Positions 38,298-47,312 of a DNA stretch of 60,232 bases are shown piece after piece. The DNA comes from a virus. Its lineage: Duplodnaviria; Caudoviricetes. A model generated the notes under the pieces. It was not told where the DNA came from. It ran no database searches and saw only the letters and a list, made by a program, of their open reading frames with translations. The stretch spans positions 1 to 60,232 of the IMG/VR virus record IMGVR_UViG_3300044825_000282. One strand, 5' to 3'. The position numbers and the translations under genes were made by a program. How positions within the stretch are numbered: the stretch's first letter is position 1; each line of letters starts with the position of its first letter.

Positions 38298-38563
38298 TTG
38301 TACCCGCCTCCAGCCTTCTTGTACTGGGAAGCAAGCATCTGTGCTTTCCGGGCGCTCCATTGCCCCGGCGCACCGCCTTTGCCGCCCGCCTTGATCTGCT
38401 CAAAGAGACGCTTGCGCATCCCGGGGTTGGTGTAGTTCCCGGCTTCGTTCACCCGGCTTTCACCACCCTGTTTAAACAGTTTGACAGGCTCGTCCCCATC
38501 CCGCTTTTTGATCGTTCTGACCTTAGCGGGATTGATGGCTCCCATGCCGCGACTTGGCATCAT
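38294..38563 (-). CDS. small basic phage protein
   Basis: NYTNP..GQWSARKAQMLA..YKKAGGGY motif. Confidence 0.75.
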   Translation of the reverse strand: MMPSRGMGAINPAKVRTIKKRDGDEPVKLFKQGGESRVNEAGNYTNPGMRKRLFEQIKAGGKGGAPGQWSARKAQMLASQYKKAGGGYK

Positions 38564-38564
38564 C

Positions 38565-38975
38565 TCAGCAGTACCCGCCTTTTTTCATCTTCGTCATGCC
38601 ACCCTTCTTCATGACGACTTCTTTGCCTTTGGTCTTGCCCTTGATGGCAACGCCGTCAGCAGACTTGTGACCAGCAGCCAGACCGCCGCTTGCCATCTTC
38701 TTGACCTTGCCGCCCTTTTTCATACCGGCTTCAGCCATCTCGTGCTTGACCATCGATTTGGGAGCGCCCTTCTTTTTCATGAACGACACTTCCTTCTTCA
38801 TCATTTCTTTGGACTCTTTCATGTGACCACCTTCTTTCATTTTGGGTTTGGATTTGCCTGCCTCACTCAACGCAATCGCAATTGCTTGCTTTGGGTTAGT
38901 GACCTTTTTGCCGGAAGACGACTTGAGGTCTCCAGACTTGAACTCGCGCATGACGGTTTGAACCTTATTTTTCAT
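38565..38975 (-). CDS. Lys/Met-rich basic protein
   Basis: VMREFKSG.L.SSSG.KV..PKQAIAIALSEA; repeated MKKGG. Confidence 0.75.
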   Translation of the reverse strand: MKNKVQTVMREFKSGDLKSSSGKKVTNPKQAIAIALSEAGKSKPKMKEGGHMKESKEMMKKEVSFMKKKGAPKSMVKHEMAEAGMKKGGKVKKMASGGLAAGHKSADGVAIKGKTKGKEVVMKKGGMTKMKKGGYC

Positions 38976-39232
38976 ACGATTCGCCCCTTGGTTTTGCCAC
39001 GAATGGCGATACCGTCAGCGCGTTTCGAAGCGGACGATACCTTGCCACCCTTCTTCATCTTCTTTTCGCCAGAAGCAGCCTCTTGACGCTGACGCTCTTC
39101 TTCAGCGTTTTTGTAAGCGTCACGAGAAATTGCGGCTGGAGCAAAACCCATCGCGCCACTGCGAGCCAGTTCACCCATCATGCCTTTGCCGGACATGATC
39201 CCGGCGAGGGGAGAGAAGTCTTCGAATTTCAT
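38972..39232 (-). CDS. small basic protein
   Basis: MKKGGKV..RADGIAIRGKTKGRIV. Confidence 0.7.
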   Translation of the reverse strand: MKFEDFSPLAGIMSGKGMMGELARSGAMGFAPAAISRDAYKNAEEERQRQEAASGEKKMKKGGKVSSASKRADGIAIRGKTKGRIV

Positions 39233-39279
39233 ACGGACCGTCCTTTCGTTTTGGCGACCTTGTCAAGCATCTTGCCCAT
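39229..39279 (-). CDS. 16-aa micropeptide MGKMLDKVAKTKGRSV
   Basis: GAAAGG RBS, ATGA coupling, KTKGR.V tail shared with neighbours. Confidence 0.5.
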   Translation of the reverse strand: MGKMLDKVAKTKGRSV

Positions 39280-39281
39280 GA

Positions 39282-39539
39282 TCAGCCTTTCTGCTCTTTG
39301 CGGAGGTCGTCAATCTTTGCCTCCAGCCGAGCAATACCAGCATCAAAACGCTCCATGATTTTCTCCATGTCGCGGTGAACTTCTGCACGAGTGATGTGTT
39401 CACGAGCAACCTCCTCTCTGGTTTTGTTGAGAAGAATGCTGATCCTGTTCAGTTCTTCAAATTTTTCTTTCACGATGAACCCCAACAATGCGACGATTGC
39501 TGTAAGGATCACGTTCCATACCATCATCTCCATTACCAT
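39282..39539 (-). CDS. membrane-anchored coiled-coil protein
   Basis: N-terminal TM segment, LLNKTREEVA..RLEAKID. Confidence 0.7.
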   Translation of the reverse strand: MVMEMMVWNVILTAIVALLGFIVKEKFEELNRISILLNKTREEVAREHITRAEVHRDMEKIMERFDAGIARLEAKIDDLRKEQKG

Positions 39540-39826
39540 TTCACCTTATCAGCCCAATACGCCGCGCTCATCTTGCCCTTGGCAATGTTCTTTGCGTGAC
39601 GTGCTTTAAACGATTTGCGCTTTGCCTTCATGCGGTCAGACTCGCCCGCCTTGGGCGCTCCTGCCGTACCAGACACAGTGCCGACTTTTTTGCCTTGCTG
39701 CCCGAAACGGATCACCTTCTCCTTGCCGCCCTCGCAAGCCTTCACAACGTGAGACTTCTTTGGATGCGTGGGGGTGGATCGAGGCGAGTTGCAGGGCATC
39801 GCCGATTTCTTGACTGGCTTAACCAT
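39533..39826 (-). CDS. small basic conserved phage protein (MVKPVKK...)
   Basis: KVIRFGQQG..RKSFKARH..SAAYWA motif. Confidence 0.75.
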   Translation of the reverse strand: MVKPVKKSAMPCNSPRSTPTHPKKSHVVKACEGGKEKVIRFGQQGKKVGTVSGTAGAPKAGESDRMKAKRKSFKARHAKNIAKGKMSAAYWADKVKW

Positions 39827-40562
39827 TGGCGACCTTCCTTTCTTCCTCAATCGGTTTGAGGAGCGGGTACAGGAAGTCTTCGCCAAACGCGCCTTCGAAC
39901 TCGTGGACACCCATGTGCCCGAGTTTGATGGTGGGGTCTACCCATGCGGTGAATCCATGCTGATGGGCGCGGTCACAGAAGACGTAGTCTTCGCCGATGT
40001 AACCGTCCGGGGTTGACTGGAAGTCAAAGAAAGACTGAAGCACCTTGCCGGTGTTCTGGTCCATGTACTTCCACTCGGGGTGTGCGTCTCGCAAGGTCTC
40101 AAAGACTTGGCGCTGGATCATGATGAACCCAGTGCCAACACGCTTGACCTTGACCAGCCCCATCTTGTCCATGAAGATGTTGCCGTTTTCATCTTGGTCG
40201 AGCGAGGAGAAGTAGACCTTCTCTTTCTTGCGAGCGGCTCCGACACCTGCAACGATTGGCTTGGTCTGACTCCATGCCAGAAGACGGATCACGTCATCGG
40301 CTTGGAAAGTCATGTCCGAGTCAACCATCAGAAGATGATCGGCATCGGACTCAAGGAATTCGTTGGCAATGATGTTCCTCACCCGGGACACTACAGAGCA
40401 TCCCGAGACGTTCGACATCTGAATCTGAATACCGTGCTGCTGCGCTTTGACGCAGAACTCGGCAAGCGCAATCGCTAACTTGACCGAGACCTTGAAGTCA
40501 TACGCTGGCAACCCGATGAACAGTTTCTTGCCATGCAGGTTGAAGGAAGCCTCTGATTGCAT
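39819..40562 (-). CDS. GT-A fold glycosyltransferase-like protein
   Basis: RVRN..FL, VDSD (DxD), VGTGFIMI, GEDYVFC, LGHMG motifs. Confidence 0.75.
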   Translation of the reverse strand: MQSEASFNLHGKKLFIGLPAYDFKVSVKLAIALAEFCVKAQQHGIQIQMSNVSGCSVVSRVRNIIANEFLESDADHLLMVDSDMTFQADDVIRLLAWSQTKPIVAGVGAARKKEKVYFSSLDQDENGNIFMDKMGLVKVKRVGTGFIMIQRQVFETLRDAHPEWKYMDQNTGKVLQSFFDFQSTPDGYIGEDYVFCDRAHQHGFTAWVDPTIKLGHMGVHEFEGAFGEDFLYPLLKPIEEERKVANG

Positions 40563-40566
40563 GACA

Positions 40567-40878
40567 TCACCCGTAGATCACCATGATGGACGCAACGTCC
40601 GTCAGGTCAACGTAAAGGTTTGTCTCAACCAGAATGCCTTCACCCGGCATCGGAAGCCAGAAAGTTCCAGAAGCAGCGGCTGCTGGGGAGTTCATGGTCA
40701 TCAGGATAGGACCGCCGGAACCGCCATCTCGAAAGACGACAGAGCCAGCAGCAGCACCCGATACACCATAGACAGCCTTGATCCGACAACGAAGCAAGTC
40801 GTTGTCGTTCTGGTCTTTCATCTGCCCATCGGTAGTTCGCGGTTTTGACGCTAGTACGTCATATTGCATGGAAGCCAT
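40567..40878 (-). CDS. virion protein (putative capsid-associated)
   Basis: GGAGG RBS; PGEGIL motif; position. Confidence 0.65.
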   Translation of the reverse strand: MASMQYDVLASKPRTTDGQMKDQNDNDLLRCRIKAVYGVSGAAAGSVVFRDGGSGGPILMTMNSPAAAASGTFWLPMPGEGILVETNLYVDLTDVASIMVIYG

Positions 40879-40890
40879 GTCAGCCTCCTA

Positions 40891-41430
40891 TTACGAGTTC
40901 GCGAACGGCGTAGCAGGAGAGCCAGTGCAGACGATAACGCCATTGACCATGTACTTGTTGGTGGTCAACGAGGTGATGGTGATGCAAGTGCCGACCACAC
41001 CGCCAGTGTCAGAGCCGTTCAGATTGATGAAGTCGTTGGCGGCGGCGGGAATAAAGCCAGCCATTGCGCCAGACGTATCAGAGTCAATCGACAGAACCGA
41101 GCCAATGAACTTGTCAGTGCCGTTCGTGCCGATCTTGACCGAAGAGGTCGCAATCGTCGCGTCCACCCAAATGGTGAAGGTCGCACTTTGGTTGTTCTGG
41201 GTGTTGGGATCAGCGCCCGGGCCAGCCGCAGGGGCGTTTGCCGTGGTGTTGATTGCCGGGAGAGTGATCGTCAGGTTGGAGGCCAGAGTGCCACCCACCT
41301 TGAGAATCTTGCCAGCGTGTGCTGCCACCGTCAGGGTGGTGCTGGAGGTCAGAGAGACCACATTGCCTGCGCCCTGCGAATAGAAGCCATTCAGCGAGCG
41401 AACCGGGCCGTCGAGAGTAGTAATTGCCAT
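40891..41430 (-). CDS. capsid decoration/fibre-like protein (MAITTLDGPVRS...)
   Basis: GAAAGG RBS before ATG 41430; beta-rich; follows the capsid gene. Confidence 0.7.
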   Translation of the reverse strand: MAITTLDGPVRSLNGFYSQGAGNVVSLTSSTTLTVAAHAGKILKVGGTLASNLTITLPAINTTANAPAAGPGADPNTQNNQSATFTIWVDATIATSSVKIGTNGTDKFIGSVLSIDSDTSGAMAGFIPAAANDFINLNGSDTGGVVGTCITITSLTTNKYMVNGVIVCTGSPATPFANS

Positions 41431-41445
41431 GATCAACCTTTCGTG

Positions 41446-41517
41446 TTGTAGCACATCCTCTTATCGTCTCTACAAAGTCTGCTAGGTCAGTCGATAAGAG
41501 TCGGATTCCTAGATGTG
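41446..41517 (-). ncRNA. candidate double-pseudoknot cis-RNA
   Basis: four complementary pairs, two of them crossing, in 72 nt of intergenic DNA. Confidence 0.55.
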
Positions 41518-41538
41518 AACATCATACTGCGTTTAAAC

Positions 41539-41571
41539 AAAAAAGGGGAGGGTTTTACCCCCCCCCCTCTT
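41539..41571 (-). terminator. terminator after major capsid gene
   Basis: G-rich/C-rich stem followed by T6 on minus strand. Confidence 0.8.
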
Positions 41572-41573
41572 CT

Positions 41574-42482
41574 TTAAGCGCCGGGAGAGCCAAACACGCC
41601 CAGCGGGTCAGACCAGCCGAACGAGTAACGCTCACGAGCCTTGTAACGCACGTTGCCGGTATCGAAGTCGCCGTCCATCGAGGTGGCGAGCGGGGTACGG
41701 ACAAAGTGCTTCAGGCCGTTAGGCACATCAGTGGACAAGAACCATGCGTTGTTGTCGGTCAGGAAGTTATTGACGGTATAACCACCCGGGATCGACCCAT
41801 TGTTCTTGATTGCGTTGATGTCGTTGTTGTTGGTCGCGACACGGAGTTCGGTTTCCAACAGGCGGGTAGCCACGAACATCAGGCTCGGAGGAACAATCAG
41901 TTTGCGAGGCTTTGCAGCGATCAGCAAACCACGTTCGTCGGTCCACGCTGCGATCTGGATAACGGCGGCTTCCAGAGAAGTCTCGTTCAGATCGGCAGGG
42001 GTGGCAGGCTCGTTGGAGTTCGTTCCACCGGAGACCAGAGGGTGAGCAGTCGAGAACAGTTCGACACCATCGCCACCGGTATAGGTAGACGAGAAGCCGT
42101 TGTTCAGGATGTTCGCCGCTTTGACCTGCTTGGTGTACGACATCGCACGGGCCAGAGCCTTGGTGTAGCGAGCCGAGAGAGAGTCATAGAGGTTGTCCTC
42201 AATGGCTTCTTCCGTCAGGCTGAAACCAAGAGCAATGGTTTCGTGCTGGTAACGAGCAGTCCATGCTTCCTGCGCGTTGTCATAAGCGATGGCAGAGCCT
42301 TCGTTTTTGACCGGCGCGGCAGAGAAGCCCGACAGTTTGGTTTCTTCTTCGAACGAACGCTCAGAGGTTTCGGTTTCGAAAATCTCTTTGTGCTGTTCAC
42401 CGTAGGTTTCATACTCCAGACCGAACAATGCGTTCAGACCGGGCAGAAGTTCCTTAAGTAGTTGTGCGCGGGAGATAGCCAT
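41574..42482 (-). CDS. major capsid protein
   Basis: MAISRAQLLKELLPGLNALFG, EEAIEDNLY, DFDTGNVRYKARERYSFG; position after scaffold; terminator downstream. Confidence 0.9.
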   Translation of the reverse strand: MAISRAQLLKELLPGLNALFGLEYETYGEQHKEIFETETSERSFEEETKLSGFSAAPVKNEGSAIAYDNAQEAWTARYQHETIALGFSLTEEAIEDNLYDSLSARYTKALARAMSYTKQVKAANILNNGFSSTYTGGDGVELFSTAHPLVSGGTNSNEPATPADLNETSLEAAVIQIAAWTDERGLLIAAKPRKLIVPPSLMFVATRLLETELRVATNNNDINAIKNNGSIPGGYTVNNFLTDNNAWFLSTDVPNGLKHFVRTPLATSMDGDFDTGNVRYKARERYSFGWSDPLGVFGSPGA

Positions 42483-42485
42483 TTA

Positions 42486-43091
42486 TTAACTCCTTCCAGT
42501 TGCATTCTCATACAGGGAGATGCCGAAGTTAAATCGGACAATCACCTCTGTGTAAGAACCCGGATAGCCAGCAATGGCGGTCTCGGGGACAACGTCCACC
42601 ACGCGAATCGGGAGAGTGGTCTCCGTATCGGTCGTGTTCAGGACTGCGTTTTTGGAATTGCCATTGGTGGTGCTGCCAGTGTTTTGTACCAGCGACACGT
42701 TTTTGCCAACAGCAGCCTGAGTGAGGTAACCAATGGTAGTACCAGTGGAAACCACAGCGACTTTGTACAACTGATCGGGATCATCTTGTACATAAGCCTG
42801 AATACCCGCCACGTTCACAGCGCCGGGGTAGTATTGCTTGTACACCGGTTGCGAAGTGTTGGGGTCAACGTAGGTGCATCCGAGGAAAACACCAATGGTG
42901 GTCGCGGTAGCCGTGGTCTCAACCTTGGTGATGTTACCGCTGGCGTTCAACGTAACCACGTCGCCATAAAAAATGGCGGTGGTTTCGTTTTGACCAATCG
43001 GTAGTTCACGGGTTTGACCTGCGTACACCTGACCGCCCAGCAGGTTCACAGGAACCATGCCGTAGGGGGCAGAGACTTCAGGATAAGCCAT
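42486..43091 (-). CDS. minor capsid/cement protein
   Basis: IFYGDVV, GVFLGCTY, DDPDQLY motifs; directly upstream of the capsid gene. Confidence 0.7.
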   Translation of the reverse strand: MAYPEVSAPYGMVPVNLLGGQVYAGQTRELPIGQNETTAIFYGDVVTLNASGNITKVETTATATTIGVFLGCTYVDPNTSQPVYKQYYPGAVNVAGIQAYVQDDPDQLYKVAVVSTGTTIGYLTQAAVGKNVSLVQNTGSTTNGNSKNAVLNTTDTETTLPIRVVDVVPETAIAGYPGSYTEVIVRFNFGISLYENATGRS

Positions 43092-43101
43092 GTCTTACTC
43101 C

Positions 43102-43536
43102 TTATGCCCGTCTACCTCTGCTCATGGTCGATTTACGTTCGCTGAACAGTGGCATCCGAGGATCGTTTTCTTTCATCAGATTGGCATCTACGGCTCGCGT
43201 TTGGGCATCTGTCTGATTGCGCACATATTCTGTACGCTGCTCGACGAATTCCTCCGGCGTTTTGCAGAGAACCAATCCACCAATCTCGACAAGGCCAGTG
43301 GTCTTGCCGGGATATTGCAGTTCTGAGTGATCTTCCCGTTTGACCGGAACCCATCCCTCATCCTGCTTGGACATCATGTTGCGGTCATCCGCTTGCCCCA
43401 GAATCGATTTACGAATCCAGCGGTACGAATAACCTTCTTCCCTATTCGGGTTCGGCAAAAGCGAAGGCGGTGTCCAAGCCTTTTTCCTAATGCCTTGTTC
43501 GCGAGTCTCTTGATCTCGTGGGGTGCGATCAGCCAT
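43102..43536 (-). CDS. conserved head-module protein
   Basis: WTPPSLLP..GYSYRWIR..EGWVPV..IGGLVLCK. Confidence 0.75.
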   Translation of the reverse strand: MADRTPRDQETREQGIRKKAWTPPSLLPNPNREEGYSYRWIRKSILGQADDRNMMSKQDEGWVPVKREDHSELQYPGKTTGLVEIGGLVLCKTPEEFVEQRTEYVRNQTDAQTRAVDANLMKENDPRMPLFSERKSTMSRGRRA

Positions 43537-44416
43537 TTGTCATCTCCTTTGCGACTTGTTCAGCGTATTTTTCCAAGGGCACTCCAAGTCGCTTTGCAAT
43601 GGCGACCTGAGTTTTGGTCAGGGTGATCTTCTTTGATCCCGCTGCGCCTCTGGAGGCAGGAGCGACAACGTTCGCGGCAGGTTTTGAAGACCTGAATTTC
43701 TGTGGGAATGAATCCCGAATGCGAGCATCGAGTTGCTCGAAATAGGCGTCCGATCCGGCGACATATCCACTCTGGACGAGTTGATCGTGGATACCAAAGG
43801 CAGCACCTCTCATAACTGGGTCTTCGTCAAACCAACGGTTTTCCGTTACCCACTGACGGGTGCGTTCGTCAGGAACAACTTGAGGTTGTTGTCTAGTTTC
43901 TACTGGAATTTCTGGCTGTTGTAAAGGGGCTTGGTATCGATGTTGATAATTGTCGATTTCCCTTTTGCCAACAACCGACTCCGCGAGTTTCTTCTGGGCG
44001 GCGATCATCTTCTCGGTGTCGCCCGCCTCATAAGCCTCCTTGTACTCACGCTCTGCCTGAGAAAGGATGGCCTCATGCTTTTCTTTGCTGGTCTCAACCA
44101 ACACCCGCTCGCCCTGAGACAGTCGCTCCTGAAGCATCCGGTTTTGCTCTGCCACGCGCTGGGCGTAGGTCAGGGCTTCCTGCTGCTCGCGGGCAAGACG
44201 CTCTTTCTCGCGGCGCTCCTCGTGGTAACCGGCGCGGAGTTGGCGAATGCGCTTTTGGACGTTCTCGGAATACTGCGAGATTTCGTCGTCGGTGACCTCG
44301 ATAGTGCCCTTCGGTTCGGGTTTACCCCTATCCGGTGCTGGCGTATCGTCTACGATCTCGATCTGGGCATCGCCCTCGATCTCAATCTCGACATTTGGGT
44401 TGTTGTTCTCAGACAT
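43529..44416 (-). CDS. capsid scaffolding protein
   Basis: acidic N-terminus, long coiled coil, C-terminal IAKRLGVPLEKYA. Confidence 0.75.
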   Translation of the reverse strand: MSENNNPNVEIEIEGDAQIEIVDDTPAPDRGKPEPKGTIEVTDDEISQYSENVQKRIRQLRAGYHEERREKERLAREQQEALTYAQRVAEQNRMLQERLSQGERVLVETSKEKHEAILSQAEREYKEAYEAGDTEKMIAAQKKLAESVVGKREIDNYQHRYQAPLQQPEIPVETRQQPQVVPDERTRQWVTENRWFDEDPVMRGAAFGIHDQLVQSGYVAGSDAYFEQLDARIRDSFPQKFRSSKPAANVVAPASRGAAGSKKITLTKTQVAIAKRLGVPLEKYAEQVAKEMTNG

Positions 44417-44425
44417 GAATGCTCC

Positions 44426-44779
44426 TTATAGGCGGGTGACTACCCGGGGATCGGCAACGACAGCCTCAACGGTGTCGTCGTTTATGAGGCGAAACTCTTG
44501 ATCACCCTCGGGGGTGGTGATCTTGAATCTCGTTCCAGAGTACGACCGCATGATGATGTAGTCGCCCTCTTTGCACCAAGGCCCGTCCGGGAACTTGTCC
44601 GGGTCTTGATAGGCTTGCGGACCCAGTTTCACAACTAAGCCCACGATAGACGCGATCTCTTCCTTCTGACGGACAGATTCAGCGATCACGATTTTCGAAT
44701 CCTTGAAGGTCTCCTCCTTCTTCGGAATCGCAATAAGAATGCGGTAGCCCTGCGGCTCCGGTAGTTCCAGTTTACTCAT
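44426..44779 (-). CDS. groES: GroES-like co-chaperonin
   Basis: PQGYRILI, VVKLGPQAY, PWCKEGD, RYSG-like segment, RLINDDTV. Confidence 0.85.
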   Translation of the reverse strand: MSKLELPEPQGYRILIAIPKKEETFKDSKIVIAESVRQKEEIASIVGLVVKLGPQAYQDPDKFPDGPWCKEGDYIIMRSYSGTRFKITTPEGDQEFRLINDDTVEAVVADPRVVTRL

Positions 44780-44942
44780 CAGGTAAGTCCTCAATTATTC
44801 TTATGAGACGTTGAAAAGCGCGGATTTGGCCCACTACCTCGCGGTAGGTGGCGTAGTCCTCGACAGGGTTGAAGGCGATACTTTCCTTCAACGATTCCTG
44901 TTCTTTCTGGAGTTCACTGAGGAGGTAGTCCCTTAGTGCCAA
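44772..44942 (-). CDS. hypothetical protein (56 aa, TTG start; not in ORF track)
   Basis: AGGAG RBS; DYATYREVVGQI; fills the gap between portal and groES. Confidence 0.7.
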   Translation of the reverse strand: MALRDYLLSELQKEQESLKESIAFNPVEDYATYREVVGQIRAFQRLIRIIEDLPDE

Positions 44943-47304
44943 GGTTGGCTCCTATCTTTAGACCCTCAATGCTCTGCTTCGAATCGATGGTCTTGTCCAA
45001 GTCCATCGTCTTCGCTCCAATTTGCGCCCCTGCGATGCGTTCCATCGAGGCGATGCGCTCGCGTTCGCGCTGATCTTTGGTGGTGAGGTCTGCCACCCGA
45101 AGTTGCACGTCCGCTTCGTCTTTTGCTTTCTTGCGCAGAAGTTCTGCTTCTTTGATTTCCAACTCGCGCTGCTGGTTCTGGATCACCGGGTCTTTCGCTG
45201 CTTCTTGCGCAGCCTTTTGAGCAGCCTCTGCCTGATCTTTCGCCAGCAGTTTTTCGGATGCCGCAGCCACGGCGCGGGACAGTTCGACTTCGATGTCCTC
45301 GGGCAGTTGTTCGTCCGGGGGAGGAAGCGCCACACCCAGCATCTTCTCGATCTCGACGCGATACTGGAAGCCAACGTGTTCGTTGATGTGCGCCATCATC
45401 GCAGCCTGAATGAACTGAGCGCGAGGGTTCTGACCTACGATCTGCTGAATCTTCGGGTCGTTCATCGCGTTCATGTGAACCTTGATGTGCGCCTCGTGAT
45501 CCTGATACAGGAATGCTTTGACCGGTTTTCCAGCGATGACTGCCATGTTTTCCGAGACTGGGTTCATGGGCTTTTGGTCATCTTCAATTGGAATGATCTT
45601 GGCAACGTTCTTGATCCCCAAGACTTCCAGCATCTGACGGTGCAGTTGCGGCAGGTCGTAAATCTGGGGAGCGCCTTGCGCAAGTTGCAGTGCGGCTTGG
45701 TACTGCACCACGCGCTGGGCCATCGTCGAAGCGTTCGGGTCAGACACGGGGATGATGTCCACCATGTCGTAGTCGGTCTTCTTGGCTTTCTTCGGTGCGT
45801 CTACTTCGTAAGAGTAGGTGTCGGGCGTGTAGTCGCGGACGATGCCAGCAATGAGTTTAAACTCGTGCTTCATTGCGGCGTGGACACGCGCCTGCACCGC
45901 ACTCATAACCTTGAGGGTGCGCTCCAGAATCGCAAGCGTTGTACCCACTGGCGCTTGGTTAGACATATCGCCAACCTTCAGGTCTGCCACGGAAGCAAAC
46001 TTGCGGCCCTCTTCAACGATGGTGTTGAGCAGGTTGTACAGTGTGGCGCTCGGCTCTTTGTACGGCAGCGGGACAATCGAGTCCTTGATTGTCATGCCGG
46101 TCACGTCCACGTCACGCCATTCGCCCGGAGCAATCGGAGTGTCGTCGCCCTTGACGCGCAAATCTTTGGACTTGAAACCCCCGGGGAGGTTTGACAGAGT
46201 GCCCGAGTCAACAAGTTGACGGAGGATAGATGTCGCACTCTTTGCAAAACCACCAACGAGGTGAATCAAGCCAAAGCCGTAGAAACCAAAACCGGGGATG
46301 TAGATGTAGTGCGTGAAGTGCATCCGCTTTTGGCGAGTCTCATCGTCTTCAAGGTAGTTGCGACGAATGGACAGCACTTCCCCGGTTGAGGAAATTGTGA
46401 TGACGTAAGGAAGAGCGATACCGTCCGGGTCTTCATACCCCGGCAGGTCGTAGTCCACATGGACTTCGTAGAGCATATAGCGGTCATCGTCAACGATGTT
46501 GACACCCGCCTCTTCGTCCTTCTTCTTCTGAATCTCAGTGATGTTGCGCTGCGGCTCGGTCAGTTCGATGTCCCGATAAAAACCAGCGACTTGGAGTTTC
46601 TTGATCTGGTTCTCGGTCTTGCGCATCCGGTGCGTGACGCGAGGCGAAGACTGTAGGTCTGATGCGCCGTAGGGGACGATGATGTCCTCTGCCGGTATAA
46701 ACATCGCGACCTGACGGTTGATGCTGGGATCGAAGTAGACCTTCTTGAATGCGCTGCCCGTGATCGGCAGGTTCCACAGAAGGCGCTCGTGTTCGTTGCG
46801 GTACTCAACCATGACCTCAGTGAGTTCATAGTTCATGTCATCCTGCACACGCGCTGCGGCTTCTTCCTTCTCGCGGGTGATCTTGCCAATGATCTTGGTT
46901 TTGACTGGCCCCGATGCAGGGAAGGTCTCAAGGATGGTTTCAGACTGGAACTTGACGACAGACTCTGACAGGATGGGGTGGTAGACACCACAGGCTCCAT
47001 CCCAAGGCTCGGTGCGCTCATCGATGCGCAGACCCAGCAGGTCCAGACCTTCCTTGTAGGTGCGCTCCCAGTCTTTGCGGGAGGTTATGTCGTCTTGAAT
47101 GAATTGAAGAAGTTCCTCGGCGATCAGTTGAAGGTCTCCCTCCGACATTTTCTCGGCAAGGTTTTCATCGAAGGACGGCAAGGTCACCTCGATTTCTACC
47201 GCAGGCTCGTCGCCACCCTCCATCTCGATTTCAATCTCGACCTCTGGGGTGACTTGTGCTTCGACTTCAATGCCTGTCGGAAGCGAATACAGTGATTTTT
47301 CCAT
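44914..47304 (-). CDS. portal protein
   Basis: 796 aa directly after TerL; GSAFKKVYFD, GFYGFGLIH, coiled-coil C-terminal barrel. Confidence 0.9.
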   Translation of the reverse strand: MEKSLYSLPTGIEVEAQVTPEVEIEIEMEGGDEPAVEIEVTLPSFDENLAEKMSEGDLQLIAEELLQFIQDDITSRKDWERTYKEGLDLLGLRIDERTEPWDGACGVYHPILSESVVKFQSETILETFPASGPVKTKIIGKITREKEEAAARVQDDMNYELTEVMVEYRNEHERLLWNLPITGSAFKKVYFDPSINRQVAMFIPAEDIIVPYGASDLQSSPRVTHRMRKTENQIKKLQVAGFYRDIELTEPQRNITEIQKKKDEEAGVNIVDDDRYMLYEVHVDYDLPGYEDPDGIALPYVITISSTGEVLSIRRNYLEDDETRQKRMHFTHYIYIPGFGFYGFGLIHLVGGFAKSATSILRQLVDSGTLSNLPGGFKSKDLRVKGDDTPIAPGEWRDVDVTGMTIKDSIVPLPYKEPSATLYNLLNTIVEEGRKFASVADLKVGDMSNQAPVGTTLAILERTLKVMSAVQARVHAAMKHEFKLIAGIVRDYTPDTYSYEVDAPKKAKKTDYDMVDIIPVSDPNASTMAQRVVQYQAALQLAQGAPQIYDLPQLHRQMLEVLGIKNVAKIIPIEDDQKPMNPVSENMAVIAGKPVKAFLYQDHEAHIKVHMNAMNDPKIQQIVGQNPRAQFIQAAMMAHINEHVGFQYRVEIEKMLGVALPPPDEQLPEDIEVELSRAVAAASEKLLAKDQAEAAQKAAQEAAKDPVIQNQQRELEIKEAELLRKKAKDEADVQLRVADLTTKDQRERERIASMERIAGAQIGAKTMDLDKTIDSKQSIEGLKIGANLGTKGLPPQ

Positions 47305-47312
47305 AGCAGTCC

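Noticed and set aside
45022-46194. 390-aa plus-strand ORF; likewise 57255..58634 and 55247..56200 on minus
   Set aside because: Antisense to well-supported portal, AAA and vWA genes; no recognisable protein features.
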